Source of the DNA: Rhina ancylostomus
Lineage: Eukaryota
Direction: 5' to 3'
DNA length: 63,926 bases
NCBI GenBank assembly: GCA_030265395.1
Contig: JARFYF010000002.1
Location: 69,148,620-69,212,545 of the forward strand
This document shows positions 51,406 to 62,980 of this stretch, piece by piece. Both the position numbers and the translations under genes were made by a program. The notes below the pieces were generated by a model. It searched no databases. It was not told where the DNA came from and saw nothing but the letters and a program-made list of their open reading frames with translations. Every line of letters begins with the position of its first letter. Position 1 is the first letter of the stretch.

Positions 51406-51729
51406 TGATAATTGGTGTGGATTTTGTGCATCCTCAGTTTACTGTGATATAACAGGTTAATAAGAATGGGCTCTATGGCCTCTTGAGCCAGCTCCACCTT
51501 TCAGTAAGCCCATTGCTGATCCTATCAACTCCACTTTTCTGCTTGTTCCCCATAACCCTTGATTATTCTAAAGCTCTAAATCCTCTGATTAATTATATCT
51601 TTTCATGCTTCCTCCACATTCCCATCAAATACTGATCATTCAGTCATTATAGCTGGCCAGGGAGCAGCTTGGAGTGAGCCAACAGTGGCAGAAGCAGGCA
51701 GGGCAGTCAGCAACAGTTAGCAGCAAGTG

Positions 51730-51930
51730 GATGGAGAGCAGGGTAAGGGAGAGAAGAAGGGAGAACGGGAGATAGGGGTGAAGATAAAATGCAAAGGAGG
51801 TCAGGAGAAAAGGGAAGAAGAGTGGGTGAAAACGAAACTGTGAGGAGAAAGGGGATGAGAAGAAAGGGGAGAAGGGAGCTGCAGGGGAAGATGATGAGGG
51901 AGAGTGAAGGAGCTAAGGGGAAGGGAGGGA
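51730..51930 (+). repeat. Polypurine (G/A) low-complexity tract
   Basis: ~200 bp of almost only G/A on the + strand. Confidence 0.7.
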
Positions 51931-52494
51931 TCAAGACCACACAGTAAATACCATGCAATGGCCAATAGATATCAAAAGAATTCATGCAAAGTATCTTTCA
52001 CTGGGTAGAAACAAGTCATCCTCAACTGTAAGAAATTGCCTAAGAAAAAGAAGATATTCAGCCCTCTGGAATTCTGTCGCACAAGTTTTCATTTTTTATG
52101 TCTTCTCAGAATAAAAGGCTTTTTCACTGTCCTTAACACACTTCCGCCCACAAAATATGTTTACCACTTACTTGGGACCCATTGCTCCACCCAAGTTAAT
52201 TGGCAGTGGAAAGTTGCCCTACTCAAGATGGGTGAGTACATTTTTTTACAGGACTTGATCCTGTAAAAGAAAATAGGTTACAGGGAAATAAATAGGGGAA
52301 ATGGGATTGCTCTGAGAGCCAACAGAGACTCAGTGGACTGAATGGCTTCCTCCTATGTCATAAGAAAATATGAAATATGTGTGGACACTTTTGAAGCCTG
52401 CCTATTTTAGTTTTTGTAAGGAGTTCTATGACATGAATTTATGTTCATGAAAATATAAAGGGAAATGCCTTTATTTGGCCTGCTACATTATTAA

Positions 52495-52660
52495 CTAGAA
52501 AGAAAAACAATCAACATTTCAGGTCTGTTGACCCTTTGTCAGAATTGAAAATGGGCTAAGGACCCAGAATGTTGATTGTTTCTCTTTTCTCTTTACTACA
52601 AGAAGTTTTTCAGCATTTTCTATTTCTGTTTCAGATTTCCAGCGTCTGCATTTGTTTTTG
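52495..52660. mobile_element. Penelope-type head-to-head element
   Basis: Minus strand CTGACAA-AGGGTCaacaGACCT-GAAAT; inverted aacaatcaacatt / aatgttgattgtt; tail tcagatttccagcgtctgca. Confidence 0.6.
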
Positions 52661-53489
52661 ATTTACGTTATTAATTGGTTTCACATGAAACTTTGAACTG
52701 ACCTGAAAGTGTGAGTCTTGACTTAAAGTGCTGGATCTTGTATTTTATGGCAAACTACTGACATTTACCCTGTTTAAAGTTGGGACAGTGCATGTGTGTT
52801 TCTTTGTGGAAGTACGTTCCTTACTGACAGTTTTAGAACACTGAATCCGTTAGCTTGCACTGCTGCTTGACTCCATGTGGACGGAAGAAAACTGGGACTC
52901 TGCTTGCAGTCTCTGGCACACTGTCAGTGAGCTCACTGATTTCAAAGGGATCTGTTAATAGTGTTGCCTCAGACAGCAGTACTCAGCAAATCAGCAGGAC
53001 TTGATGACCTCAAGAGGATAATAGGAAAGAGGAAATTAAAGTAACAGACAAAATTACACCACAGAAGTCTTGCAATTAGTATTAAAATCAACCATTGTTA
53101 GTGTCTTGCCCAAGCACTTACAAATCTTCATTAACCTTTGACTGCAATAAATTAAAATTTACAAAAAACTATCCATTGCTTTTTTAAATTTATCAGCGGT
53201 TTGTAAAAGTTTTTAAAAGCATGCAGAGGCTTAAATATCATTGCAGAGGGTCTTTAAACTGTAGCAGTTCAGTAATCTAGGCTGGTTTTGGGGAATGTCC
53301 TGGCTGTCAATCTATGTGGGTATTGCATGGTCCAAGATATCCCAAGTGATAACGTAGGTTTGTTGTTGGGCTCTGCGAGGCTTGAGGCCTAAACCAACTG
53401 ATTCCAACTCTGCAAAAATGGCAGCTCATCTAGATTATAGTTAGGTATAAAATATTGACAAAAAATATTTGCTGGATCTAAGTGGTGGA

Positions 53490-53645
53490 TATGGGGCAGT
53501 ATGATTTGATGCTTTGAGTCAGAAGGTTGTGGGTTCAAGACCTATTCCAGAGACTTGAGCACATACAGTACTCACTGTACCTTAGGCTGACACCTTAGTG
53601 GGATACCGAGAGACTGCTGGAGATGCTGTCCTCCAGATTCAGGAC
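53490..53645 (+). mobile_element. Deu-type SINE (SacSINE1-like) 5' part
   Basis: tgagtcagaaggttgtgggttcaag.cc.attccagagacttgagcacat..ggctgacac. Confidence 0.7.
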
Positions 53646-54019
53646 CAAATGATAGTTCTAGCTAGTTCAGTTCTCCTTTTGCTTTCGATATTTCTAGTCA
53701 GTCTGTTTTACTCTCACTTAATTAAACAGTTGACTATAGATATGTGTTGGGAACTGTCTGGGTACTGATCTTTGAGTGAAAAATAGGAAGACTAATAATT
53801 TTTAAATTAGAATAAAAACTATAGGGTGGCACTTCGAAGAAAGAGTGTTCAGAGTTAAGGGATAATATTGTAGGACTGGTACTCTAATCCATGTTCCCTT
53901 TGAGTGGAGCTTTCCCACCATGTATGCAAAACCAAAGAATCATCTCTAATATTTAGTGTAAAGCCTTGAGTTCATATACTAGGACTGAATTCTGGAACAG
54001 ATAACAAGGAGGAGACGTA

Positions 54020-54490
54020 ATCAGAATCAGATTTATTATCACTGACATATGATATGAAATTTATTGTTTTGCAACAGCAGTACAGTGCAAGACATAAAAA
54101 TTACTAAAAGTTACAAAAATAAATAGTGCAAAAGAGGAATAATGAGGTAGTGTTCATGGNNNNNNNNNNNNNNNNNNNNNNNNNNNNNNNNNNNNNNNNN
54201 NNNNNNNNNNNNNNNNNNNNNNNNNNNNNNNNNNNNNNNNNNNNNNNNNNNNNNNNNNNNNNNCCCAATGCTAATAATGTGAAGAGGGTATGCCCCAGAT
54301 GCTGCCTTCTTGAGGCATCACCTCGAAGATGTTCTCGATGGTGGAGAGGGTTCTGCCCATGATGGAGCTGGCTGAGTTTACAACCCTCTGAGGCCTCTTC
54401 CAATCCTGCACATTGGAGCCTCCATACCAGGCGATGATGCAACCAGTCAGAATGCTCTCCTTCATACATTTGTAGAAATTTGCAAGAGTC
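54020..54490 (-). mobile_element. Rex1/Babar LINE 3' end (N-gap inside)
   Basis: LANFYKCMKESILTGCIIAWYGG...RVVNSASSIMG; tail aatcagaatcagatttatt. Confidence 0.85.
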
Positions 54491-54569
54491 TTTTCAAATT
54501 CACAAGAGATTAACAAAAGAAATTGCAAATTATTTGCAAAAGAATGCGTGCAAAAGAAATTCCATCTTT

Positions 54570-54830
54570 CAAGACATCAGGACTCCTCAACGATCTTCAC
54601 ACCAGTGAAATGCTTTCAGAGTATTATTTCATTATAATATTGTGAAACTTGACAGCCAATTTGCACACAGCAAGCTCCTACAAACAATAATCATATCAAT
54701 TAATTGATAATGTGTTTTGGTATTATTGGTTGAGGGATGAATGTTGGCCGGGACAACATTCCACAGCTCTTTGAGTTGTGAAAAGAGATCTTTAACAAAC
54801 GCCTTGGTTTAAAATCTCACTCACAGGTTA
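54570..54830 (-). mobile_element. Deu-domain SINE fragment
   Basis: cagccaatttgcacacagcaagctcc.acaaaca...ttggttgagggat.aat.ttggcc. Confidence 0.7.
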
Positions 54831-55169
54831 AGAACAGCTTGAAGTTTGCAAGGTGAGTTTGTGCAGATATCATGCATCCCTAACTCTCAGGTGGAGATCA
54901 GCATAATTATGGAACTGGAACCTCACCTAACCACCTGGGTTGTTAACCACAATATTTATGTAGATCAGAGGGAAAGAAAGGAAAACAGACTAGCAATTCT
55001 ATTAAGAAAGGTGATTCAGAAACATTGTGTTGAGCTTTCATGCAGAACACATTTGAACTTGAAAAGACATATTCTTTAAATGGACCTTATTACAAATGGA
55101 ACTTCTTGTTTAGTAAGCATTTAATTGTAATGTATGCATGCTCAGTAAGTTCTTAATCTCTAATACAGT

Positions 55170-55535
55170 TCTTGTAGTGTACCGGCTGATACACCTTGAA
55201 CTCATACAGGTTGTGCTTAGTTTTGTCAAATGTTCTGCTTTGTGATCTTTGATCACAGCGTCTTTGATCCTAAAGTTTTCTTCACTGTTCTTCTTGTCTA
55301 TGTGAACTGTTCTGCACCTCTTATCAAAGCTCATGAGATAATTCTTGGCAATGTATTCCACTACAATTTCCCTGATATCCCACCTGTTCATCTTTGACCC
55401 CCTGTGAGTACACAACTCTCATGCAGATTGAACCTTTTTTCTTTGAGGTTTGTCATGATGCTTACTCTGTTTCTACTGCCTTTCCTCCAGTTTTCTTTCC
55501 AAATTAGGTTGAATCCTGAGCCTTGTGTGTATTAA
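55170..55535 (-). mobile_element. Decayed Gypsy/Ty3 integrase C-terminal remnant
   Basis: With a stop and frameshifts: HTRLRIQPNLERKLEERQ*KQSKHHDK..KRFNLHES..NRWDIREIV...YLM...RTVHID, resembling the K02A2.6-like pol C-terminus. Confidence 0.55.
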
Positions 55536-55859
55536 CACTTCAACATCTTAATATTAACTTTTATTTTTGAAATGATAGTGTTTGTTATACACTATCAGTA
55601 GGATATATATTATTGAAAATGAGCACTTCACATTTGCTTATTTTCCTCAATGTTCTATAAACCTTGCTTCTGTAATTTTCTGTTATATATGTTTCCTTTC
55701 TGTTGGGACACTTTTTGACNNNNNNNNNNNNNNNNNNNNNNNNNNNNNNNNNNNNNNNNNNNNNNNNNNNNNNNNNNNNNNNNNNNNNNNNNNNNNNNNN
55801 NNNNNNNNNNNNNNNNNNNAGTGAACTGAAAGGGCTGACACAGTGAAGCATACTGAAAT

Positions 55860-56130
55860 TTTGCTGTGGCAGCTAAAATTTAAATTCAAGCAGTTAAACA
55901 CCTGGAATTGAATTCAAGCTCATATCAGTTGTTTTAACTACCAGACTGTTGTTAAACAGCTAGCTTTTTGTTTGTTAATGTCCTTCAAGGCATCCTTTCC
56001 TTGTCGGACATATATGTAACTCCAGACCCATCCACATAGTTGACTTTTAATTGTATATAACCTATTCTATTTAGGCCCAACTGACAATGGACATTAAATG
56101 CCATCCTTATTGTTGACATTGAAAACCTGA
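55860..56130 (+). mobile_element. tRNA-derived SINE (family of ~62610-62980, -)
   Basis: tggcagct..aatttaaattcaa...taatgtcctt...tgtaactccagaccca; reverse-complement match at 62.6-63.0 kb. Confidence 0.55.
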
Positions 56131-56279
56131 GAACAAATTTTAAACAAAAAATTTCCACAATACCATTAACCCAATTACAGCATTACCCAGGTGCCATTCT
56201 TCAACTTTGAGCCTTGATGTGAGACTTTCATTGTGACAACAGTACAAAATTCCATAACTCCAACAATAAATAAAAATTG

Positions 56280-56860
56280 CATTTATATAACTTCAACTTA
56301 ATGAGGTGTTCTAAGGAAATTAACAGGAGTATTACTAAACAAATAGTTGAAACCATGTTACAGAAACAGATATTGGGAAAGATAGCCAAAGTTTTGATCA
56401 TCTTTGGGTTTTAATGAGGGAATTCCAGGAAAAGAATTAGAATGTATGGCCAAGGCAGCTAAAGGATAATGATGGCTTAATTAAAGTCCATTAACTATAA
56501 AAATGCAGAATTAAATGATGAGATCTAACATATTTGTAGGACTGAAAGGTGTTGCAGAGAACAGTTCAGGTTTGCAAAGGATTTCAAAACAGAGGCCATG
56601 TCCTGTAGGTCAGCAAACACAAATATAAGAGGAGAACATGATATGGAGAGTTTTGGATGAATTGGAGTGGTAGATGGTAGGGTGGGCAGGAGACAATTAA
56701 TGTAGTCTAGCAATAACAAATTTAAACAGAATGAGCTGAAGTAGGGACAGAGCTGGGCAATTTTATGGATGTAGCCATAAGCAGTTTTAGTGATGGAGCA
56801 GGTAATTGAATGAAAACTCAGCCCTGTATCACGCACAGTATCAAAATTGTGAATGGTTGA
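56280..56860 (-). mobile_element. Decayed L2 LINE 3' part
   Basis: SITKTAYGYIHKIAQLCPYFS...LDYINCLL, the decayed L2 motif AYFHLRNIA..RP.L...LDYCN.LL. Confidence 0.6.
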
Positions 56861-57620
56861 GCTAAAACAATTTCCTGGGCCATTTACACAGGTCTCTGTG
56901 TGCTTCTGATGGATGGCTTTGAGGTTCTCAATACCATCCCAAATTCTCCTACTCCAATGGTCATGGGCCAGAGATTCCCAGGAGTTGGTGAGGATGTGGC
57001 ACTTCAAGGAAGCTTTGAGCACATCCTTGAATCTTTTCATCTGTGCCTTGTGGCAGGATAGAGTGTCTGTTTTGGGAGCCTGGAAATGCGAACCATATGA
57101 CCTACCTGACACATAACTAACTGAGAATCCAGGGCCTCAATGCTGAGGGTGTTGGCCTGGAAGAGGACACTGGCAAAGGTTTACTTATCCTTCCAGTGAA
57201 TTCAGAAGATTTTGCAGATACAGCTTTGGTGGTATTTTTCCATTGCCTTGAGATGCTTCTTGTAGATGGTCAGAACATGTAAGAGGACAGGGATCACTGC
57301 TGCCCCATAGACCATAAATTTTGTGCCAGGGCTGAGGTCTTGATCTTAAGTTGATCGAAGGATGTGCTGATGCATTGCAGATGATGGTGAATTTGATCAT
57401 CAATATCTGCTGTCACCGAGAAGTGGCTCCAGAAATATAGGAAGTGGTCCAAGTTATCCAAGGTCTCATCATGAACCGTTACTGCCAGAGGCAGTAGTGC
57501 AGCACAGACTGCATTCACGGCCGCAACGTGAGCTCCTTTACACTGAAAAATACAATGCATTTATTGCAGTGACTGCTTTGCAGAATGCCTCCATTCAACC
57601 TGCAAGAGTGATGTTGAACA
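56860..57620 (-). mobile_element. RTE-clade LINE fragment
   Basis: KRFKDVLKASLKC.I.TNSWESLAHD..W; ETLDNLDHFLYFWSH.S..ADIDDQIHHHLQC. Confidence 0.8.
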
Positions 57621-58689
57621 CCCAATTGGAGAAACAAAAATGCAGCTATTGGTTTATTATTGTCACTTGTACTGAAGTACAGTGAAAAACGTGTCTCGCA
57701 TACCGATCATACAGGTCAATTCATTACACAGTGCAGTTACATTGTGTCAGTACAGAGTGCATTGATGTAGTACAGGTAAGAACAATAGCAGTCCAGAGTA
57801 CAGTGTCACAGGTACAGAGAAAATGAAGTGCAATAAGGTCAAGGTCACAACAAGGTACTTGTGCTCACATGCTCCAGACTCAATGTCAGAGCTGCTGTCT
57901 TTGCTCCCACTATTGGTCTGTGCTCTAACATTTCTTCACATTATTAGAGGATATTTCCATTGGTACCATAATCTTGCATGCCTGTTTGAAAGTTAGATCT
58001 AAAAATTCAGTGACTTCAACTGGATGTGCTCATCAGTTAGTCCACACATTAACTCAGTGTAGGATCCAAGAACATACTGAAGTTGCAATGCCACGCCTGA
58101 TTTTTTTTAGAACAACCATATAATTGTTAATCATTTCTCCTTTTCTGCGATTGCAGGTTTAAAACTTATAACTTTCCACAATGCCTGATAGTGCAGGGTT
58201 TAAATAGTTGTACAGATTTTCTATTCCTCATTAAATGGAGCATTGAGAGCAAGTTTGCCAACGTTGCCTTAGTATCTGCCCCAGTTTCTACTAATAGAAT
58301 CATCATCATGCTTTCATGTATGGCCTCATTTTCTCTCTCGCCCTCTATTTTGATAATGTTATTCACCACCCCCACCCCCAAACGTCTCCATGTACAAATT
58401 CAAGGGCTCTTGCACTTTATTGTAACCGTCAAAATTTCCAATATTTGAGACTTCATTGCCTTTTTATACTATCTGTCACTGAAACAATCATTAGTTTTGT
58501 TTTTTATTTGCAAGAAATTTTGCAGGCACTGCCTTTATCTTTATGGTCATGTCACAGCCTCAGACTTGCTGCAACTGACTGTGAGTTTCAGAGATTCGGC
58601 AAACCTATTCATGAGGTCACTTGATGCCATTGACTTCATTGTTAATAGCTGTATTGTTCAATATTCTCATTGCCAATGTTAAGTATGTG

Positions 58690-58880
58690 AACATAGAACA
58701 GTACAGCACAGGAACAGGCCCTTCGGCCCATGACGTTGTGCAGAACTAATCACTTCAGCCTGCACATAAGACTATAAGACATCGGAGCAGAATTAGGCCA
58801 TTCAGCCCTTGGTCCATATCCCTCCATTCTCTGCACATCCATGTACCTCTCTAAGAGCCTCTTAAATGCCTCTATCGTAT
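58690..58880 (-). mobile_element. Two nested CR1 3' tails
   Basis: aacatagaacagtacagcacaggaacaggcccttcggccca and cataagactataagacatcggagcagaattaggccattcagccc. Confidence 0.7.
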
Positions 58881-59099
58881 ATATGTCTTCAGTGATTTCT
58901 TAACCTACAACAAAGTACATTGTAAAATATATGGATTGATACACAAAAAACAAGGTATATCTAGTTCATTCAACGGTTCTACACATACTGTCCTTGTGCA
59001 GAGTCATTCTGTGCTCTCTCTCGTCTCTTATTCACAGTCACTGCCAGGGATTGCAGTTGCTTTATATTTTTAATGTCAAAATTAGACTTTATGCATAAA

Positions 59100-61300
59100 T
59101 CATAGAAACAAGAAATACAGCACAGAAACGGCCCTTTCACTCACCATATCCGTGCCAACCATTGGGTACCAATCAATACTAGTCCCACGTTCCAGCACTT
59201 GACTCATAGTTCAAGTGCTCATTTTGCTAATTATTAAATCATCACCTCTTCAGGCAGTGGATTCCAGATTCCAACCACCTTCTGGGTGAAAAGTATCTTC
59301 CTCTTAGAGTGGATCTGAGGAACTTCTTACCTTAAACCTATGCCCTCTGCTTTTATATATCTCTGCTATAGGGGAAAGTTTCTTACTCTCTACTCAACCT
59401 TTGCCCCTAATAGTTTTGTGCATCTCTATCACTTCCCCTCTCAGCCTCCTCTGTTCGAAGGAAAATAAGTGCAACCAATCTAGTCTCTCCTCATAACTGA
59501 AACAATGCATCCCAAGCAATGTCTTGGTGAATATCCTCTGCATCTTGCAATCATATCCATCTTTTAGTGTGTGATCAGAACTGCATTCCTACTGCAGCCG
59601 TGGCCTGACTAATGTTTTATAAAGTTTTCCATAAACTCCCTGCCCTTATATTTCATGCCCCAGCTAATAAAGGCAAATATCCCATTTTCACCACTTTATC
59701 TTCAGGACTCCTTGGACTTGCACATCAAGGCCCCCCTGTTCCTCAATACTTCCTACCAAATTCCATCTGCCATTGCTCTGCCAATTTAACCAACATCAAA
59801 ATTGTGCCATAGCCTAAGAATACTCACCTCCTTACCCATTAATAACCCTACCGTTTCATGTCACCTACAAACATACTAATCATTTTCTTTGACAGTCACA
59901 TCCAAATAGTTAATGTATATAACATACAGCAAGTGTCCCAGCACCAATCCCTGTAAATATATCATTTTTCACAGACTTTCCAACCACAAAACAACCCTCC
60001 ACCATTACCCTATGCCTCCAAAAATCAAGCCAATTTTGTATCCAATTTGCCAACTTGCCCTGAATCCCATGGAGTCTAACCTTTTGGACCTGTCTCCCAT
60101 GTGGGATTTTGGCAAAGGTCATACAGAAGTCCATTTAGACTACATCAACCACATTATCTGCATCAAAATACTTTGTTACCTCTCTNNNNNNNNNNNNNNN
60201 NNNNNNNNNNNNNNNNNNNNNNNNNNNNNNNNNNNNNNNNNNNNNNNNNNNNNNNNNNNNNNNNNNNNNNNNNNNNNNNNNNNNNNNNNNNNNNNNNNNN
60301 NNNNNNNNNNNNNNNNNNNNNNNNNNNNNNNNNNNNNNNNNNNNNNNNNNNNNNNNNNNNNNNNNNNNNNNNNNNNNNNNNNNNNNNNNNNNNNNNNNNN
60401 NNNNNNNNNNNNNNNNNNNNNNNNNNNNNNNNNNNNNNNNNNNNNNNNNNNNNNNNNNNNNNNNNNNNNNNNNNNNNNNNNNNNNNNNNNNNNNNNNNNN
60501 NNNNNNNNNNNNNNNNNNNNNNNNNNNNNNNNNNNNNNNNNNNNNNNNNNNNNNNNNNNNNNNNNNNNNNNNNNNNNNNNNNNNNNNNNNNNNNNNNNNN
60601 NNNNNNNNNNNNNNNNNNNNNNNNNNNTTCCCACATTTCTTCTAAACTCACCCAAGCCCTATTTTCTGCCCTCCCTTTAAACTCACCAGATTCACTGGAA
60701 AACCTATCAAACTACTGTGTAATATCTTACAAGAAGTGAATTAAAGGTGTGTTGGGGCATTAATAACATCTAATAGTCCAAAAAATCTGCCAGTCCAGCA
60801 GTGCCAAAGTCCTGAGTGTGATGAATTATTGGAGTTTTACTGTATTTTACTTTTTAACTGATTCATGCTTATTTGCAAGTAGGTGCTCCCAACCTAATTT
60901 TGCCAGGTCCTGTCTTACCATATTAAAATCAGCCTCCTAATTCAGACCTTTAATTTCTAGTCCATCATTATCCTTTTTCAAAATTAATTTGAAACTTACG
61001 AACATATGGTCACTATCTTCAAAATGCATCTGACTGACTCCAGTCTGGCTAACATTAGGTCCAGTACTGCTCCATTTCTAGTAGGACTATCTATGTATTG
61101 GCTCAAATATCTCAAGTGCACACATTTTAAAAGCCTTACCCCCTTTAATTCTTTCATACCAAGGTGATCTCAGTTAAGATTGGGGAAGTTGAAATTTCCA
61201 ACAACTAAAATCCTATTATTCTTGTACCTCTCCATGATTTGTCTACAGATCTGTTCTACTGTCTCTCAGTGACTGTTAGTATGCTGTACCACACCCCCAG
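59100..61300 (-). mobile_element. Long decayed CR1 LINE (endonuclease-RT-3' end; N-gap inside)
   Basis: MDF.MTFAKIPHGR.VQKVRLHGIQGKLANWIQNWL..RHRVMVEGCF; VVGNFNFP (endonuclease GDFN motif) at ~61185-61208; tail tacagcacagaaacggccc. Confidence 0.8.
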
Positions 61301-62146
61301 CAAATTCTAACCACCTTCTCACACCCTGTACCTTTTCTATCAAGGTTGGTGATAGGCGAGGAGTTGGTTTAAATTTCCGTCCATGACAAGCCCAGGAGAT
61401 AAGTCAGTGATACATTTAATGTTGGAACAGCTGAGAGAAGATCTGTGGGCAGGAAAGGTGAGTCGGTCAGCACTTTTCACAAAGAAACCCACAGAAGTCA
61501 CTGTAAATAGGGGTGATACAGTGAGCTTCTGGTAATAATGATAAACAATTACAGTTCAGCCTGAATAAATACATTTGTGCATAATTTATAATGCGGCTCA
61601 AGCTGCATGATGTGGGTGTAAGTGGGCAATTTAGCCTGCACTGTAATCGCAGAGGACATATGTACTACATTAGCAAGCCTCAAGCAAATATTAAGATATA
61701 AAGAAATATTTTCCTATGTCGGATTTGTGGAACAGAGCCCACCAAAAGCAATTAATGGTAATAAAAAAAAGTTCTTTAAGCAATTACTGGATAAACATTT
61801 GAAATGTTGAGAGTAAGCTAGGAAAGAGGGCATTCCACAAGAAGAGCTGAGTTGTGGTACCTCTGGGGCAGATCCTTTTTTGTTAATAACTGCATTTTTC
61901 CTTTCCAACTGAACCACAACACAATATCCCTACCCTGCAAAAATCTTCCAGAGCATTAATAGGTGGGTGAGGTCTCCATCTCCTTTTCCTAATCTTTGCA
62001 CCCAAAGAAGCAAACCAATCTCAGTGCCAAAAAAGGACCTGGAAAATCTACGCCCAAGATTTATTGCACACACTAATTTAGTTTCAGCTGAGCTCTCGTA
62101 AGCATTTGAATTTTTCAGAAGTTCTCCATACTGGTTCACAGACAAG

Positions 62147-62174
62147 TAATCTGATTAACCTGTTGCCTGGCAAC
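62147..62174. promoter_or_regulatory. Candidate composite site: homeodomain P3 palindrome + RFX X-box
   Basis: TAATCTGATTA (62147-62157) lies 4 bp from GTTGCCTGGCAAC (62162-62174); motif match only. Confidence 0.4.
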
Positions 62175-62609
62175 CGTCAGCTCCCATTTAACGTGGCAAA
62201 ACATTGCTCTGGTTGGAGCTAGCATAGATTCAATGGTCTGAATGGCCTCCCTCTGTGCTGTGATAAATCTATGAAGAGACAATTCTGTGGTAGGTGATGT
62301 GGAAACCTGCAAAACATCAAGTAAAGATTATCCAGTAATCTACTAAGTATATTCAAGTGAGCTTCCTAAATAGTCCAAATATTTGAATTTTCTGGCATTT
62401 CCAAGATTATTTCAATGATCCATTGTGAAGCGTGTAATGCCTCTTTGATTGTATTTCTGGAATGCAACGAGAGGCCATGCTGAAACATAACTGTTCATGC
62501 CTTATTAACACTAAGGTGGGGCTGAAACAGAATGAAGGAGTGACAGTGTAGTCATAATATCTGCTTTTATGTTTAGTATATTTAGTCATGGGAAAGCCAG
62601 CACTCAAGA

Positions 62610-62980
62610 TTTCTTTGTCCGTGGAATGTGGACATCACTTGGAAGGCCAGCATTATTGTTCATCCTTAATTGCCTTGAACGGGGTGGCTTGCAGAACCTT
62701 TTCAGAGTACAGTTGAGTTAGCCACTCTGGTGGATTTGAAGATGTGTATAAGCCAGATAGGGTAGGAATGGGAGATTTCCTTTTCTGAACAAGATTAGTG
62801 AACCACTAGTTTTTTTATGACAATCTCATACATTAATAGTCAACATTGCTGATACTTTCATTCTAGACTTATTTAGTTGACCGTATTAACTACCTGAGTT
62901 GCCAAGGTGGGATTCAAACATATTTCCAAATCAATAGTGCAGACAACTGGATACACCCAGTAACTTAGCCACTAAATTGC
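62610..62980 (-). mobile_element. tRNA-derived SINE with LINE-derived tail
   Basis: Minus-strand head tagtggctaagttactgg...gtttgaatcccacc; tail caaggcaattaaggatgaacaataatgctggcc shared with the LINE at 22765-23170. Confidence 0.65.
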
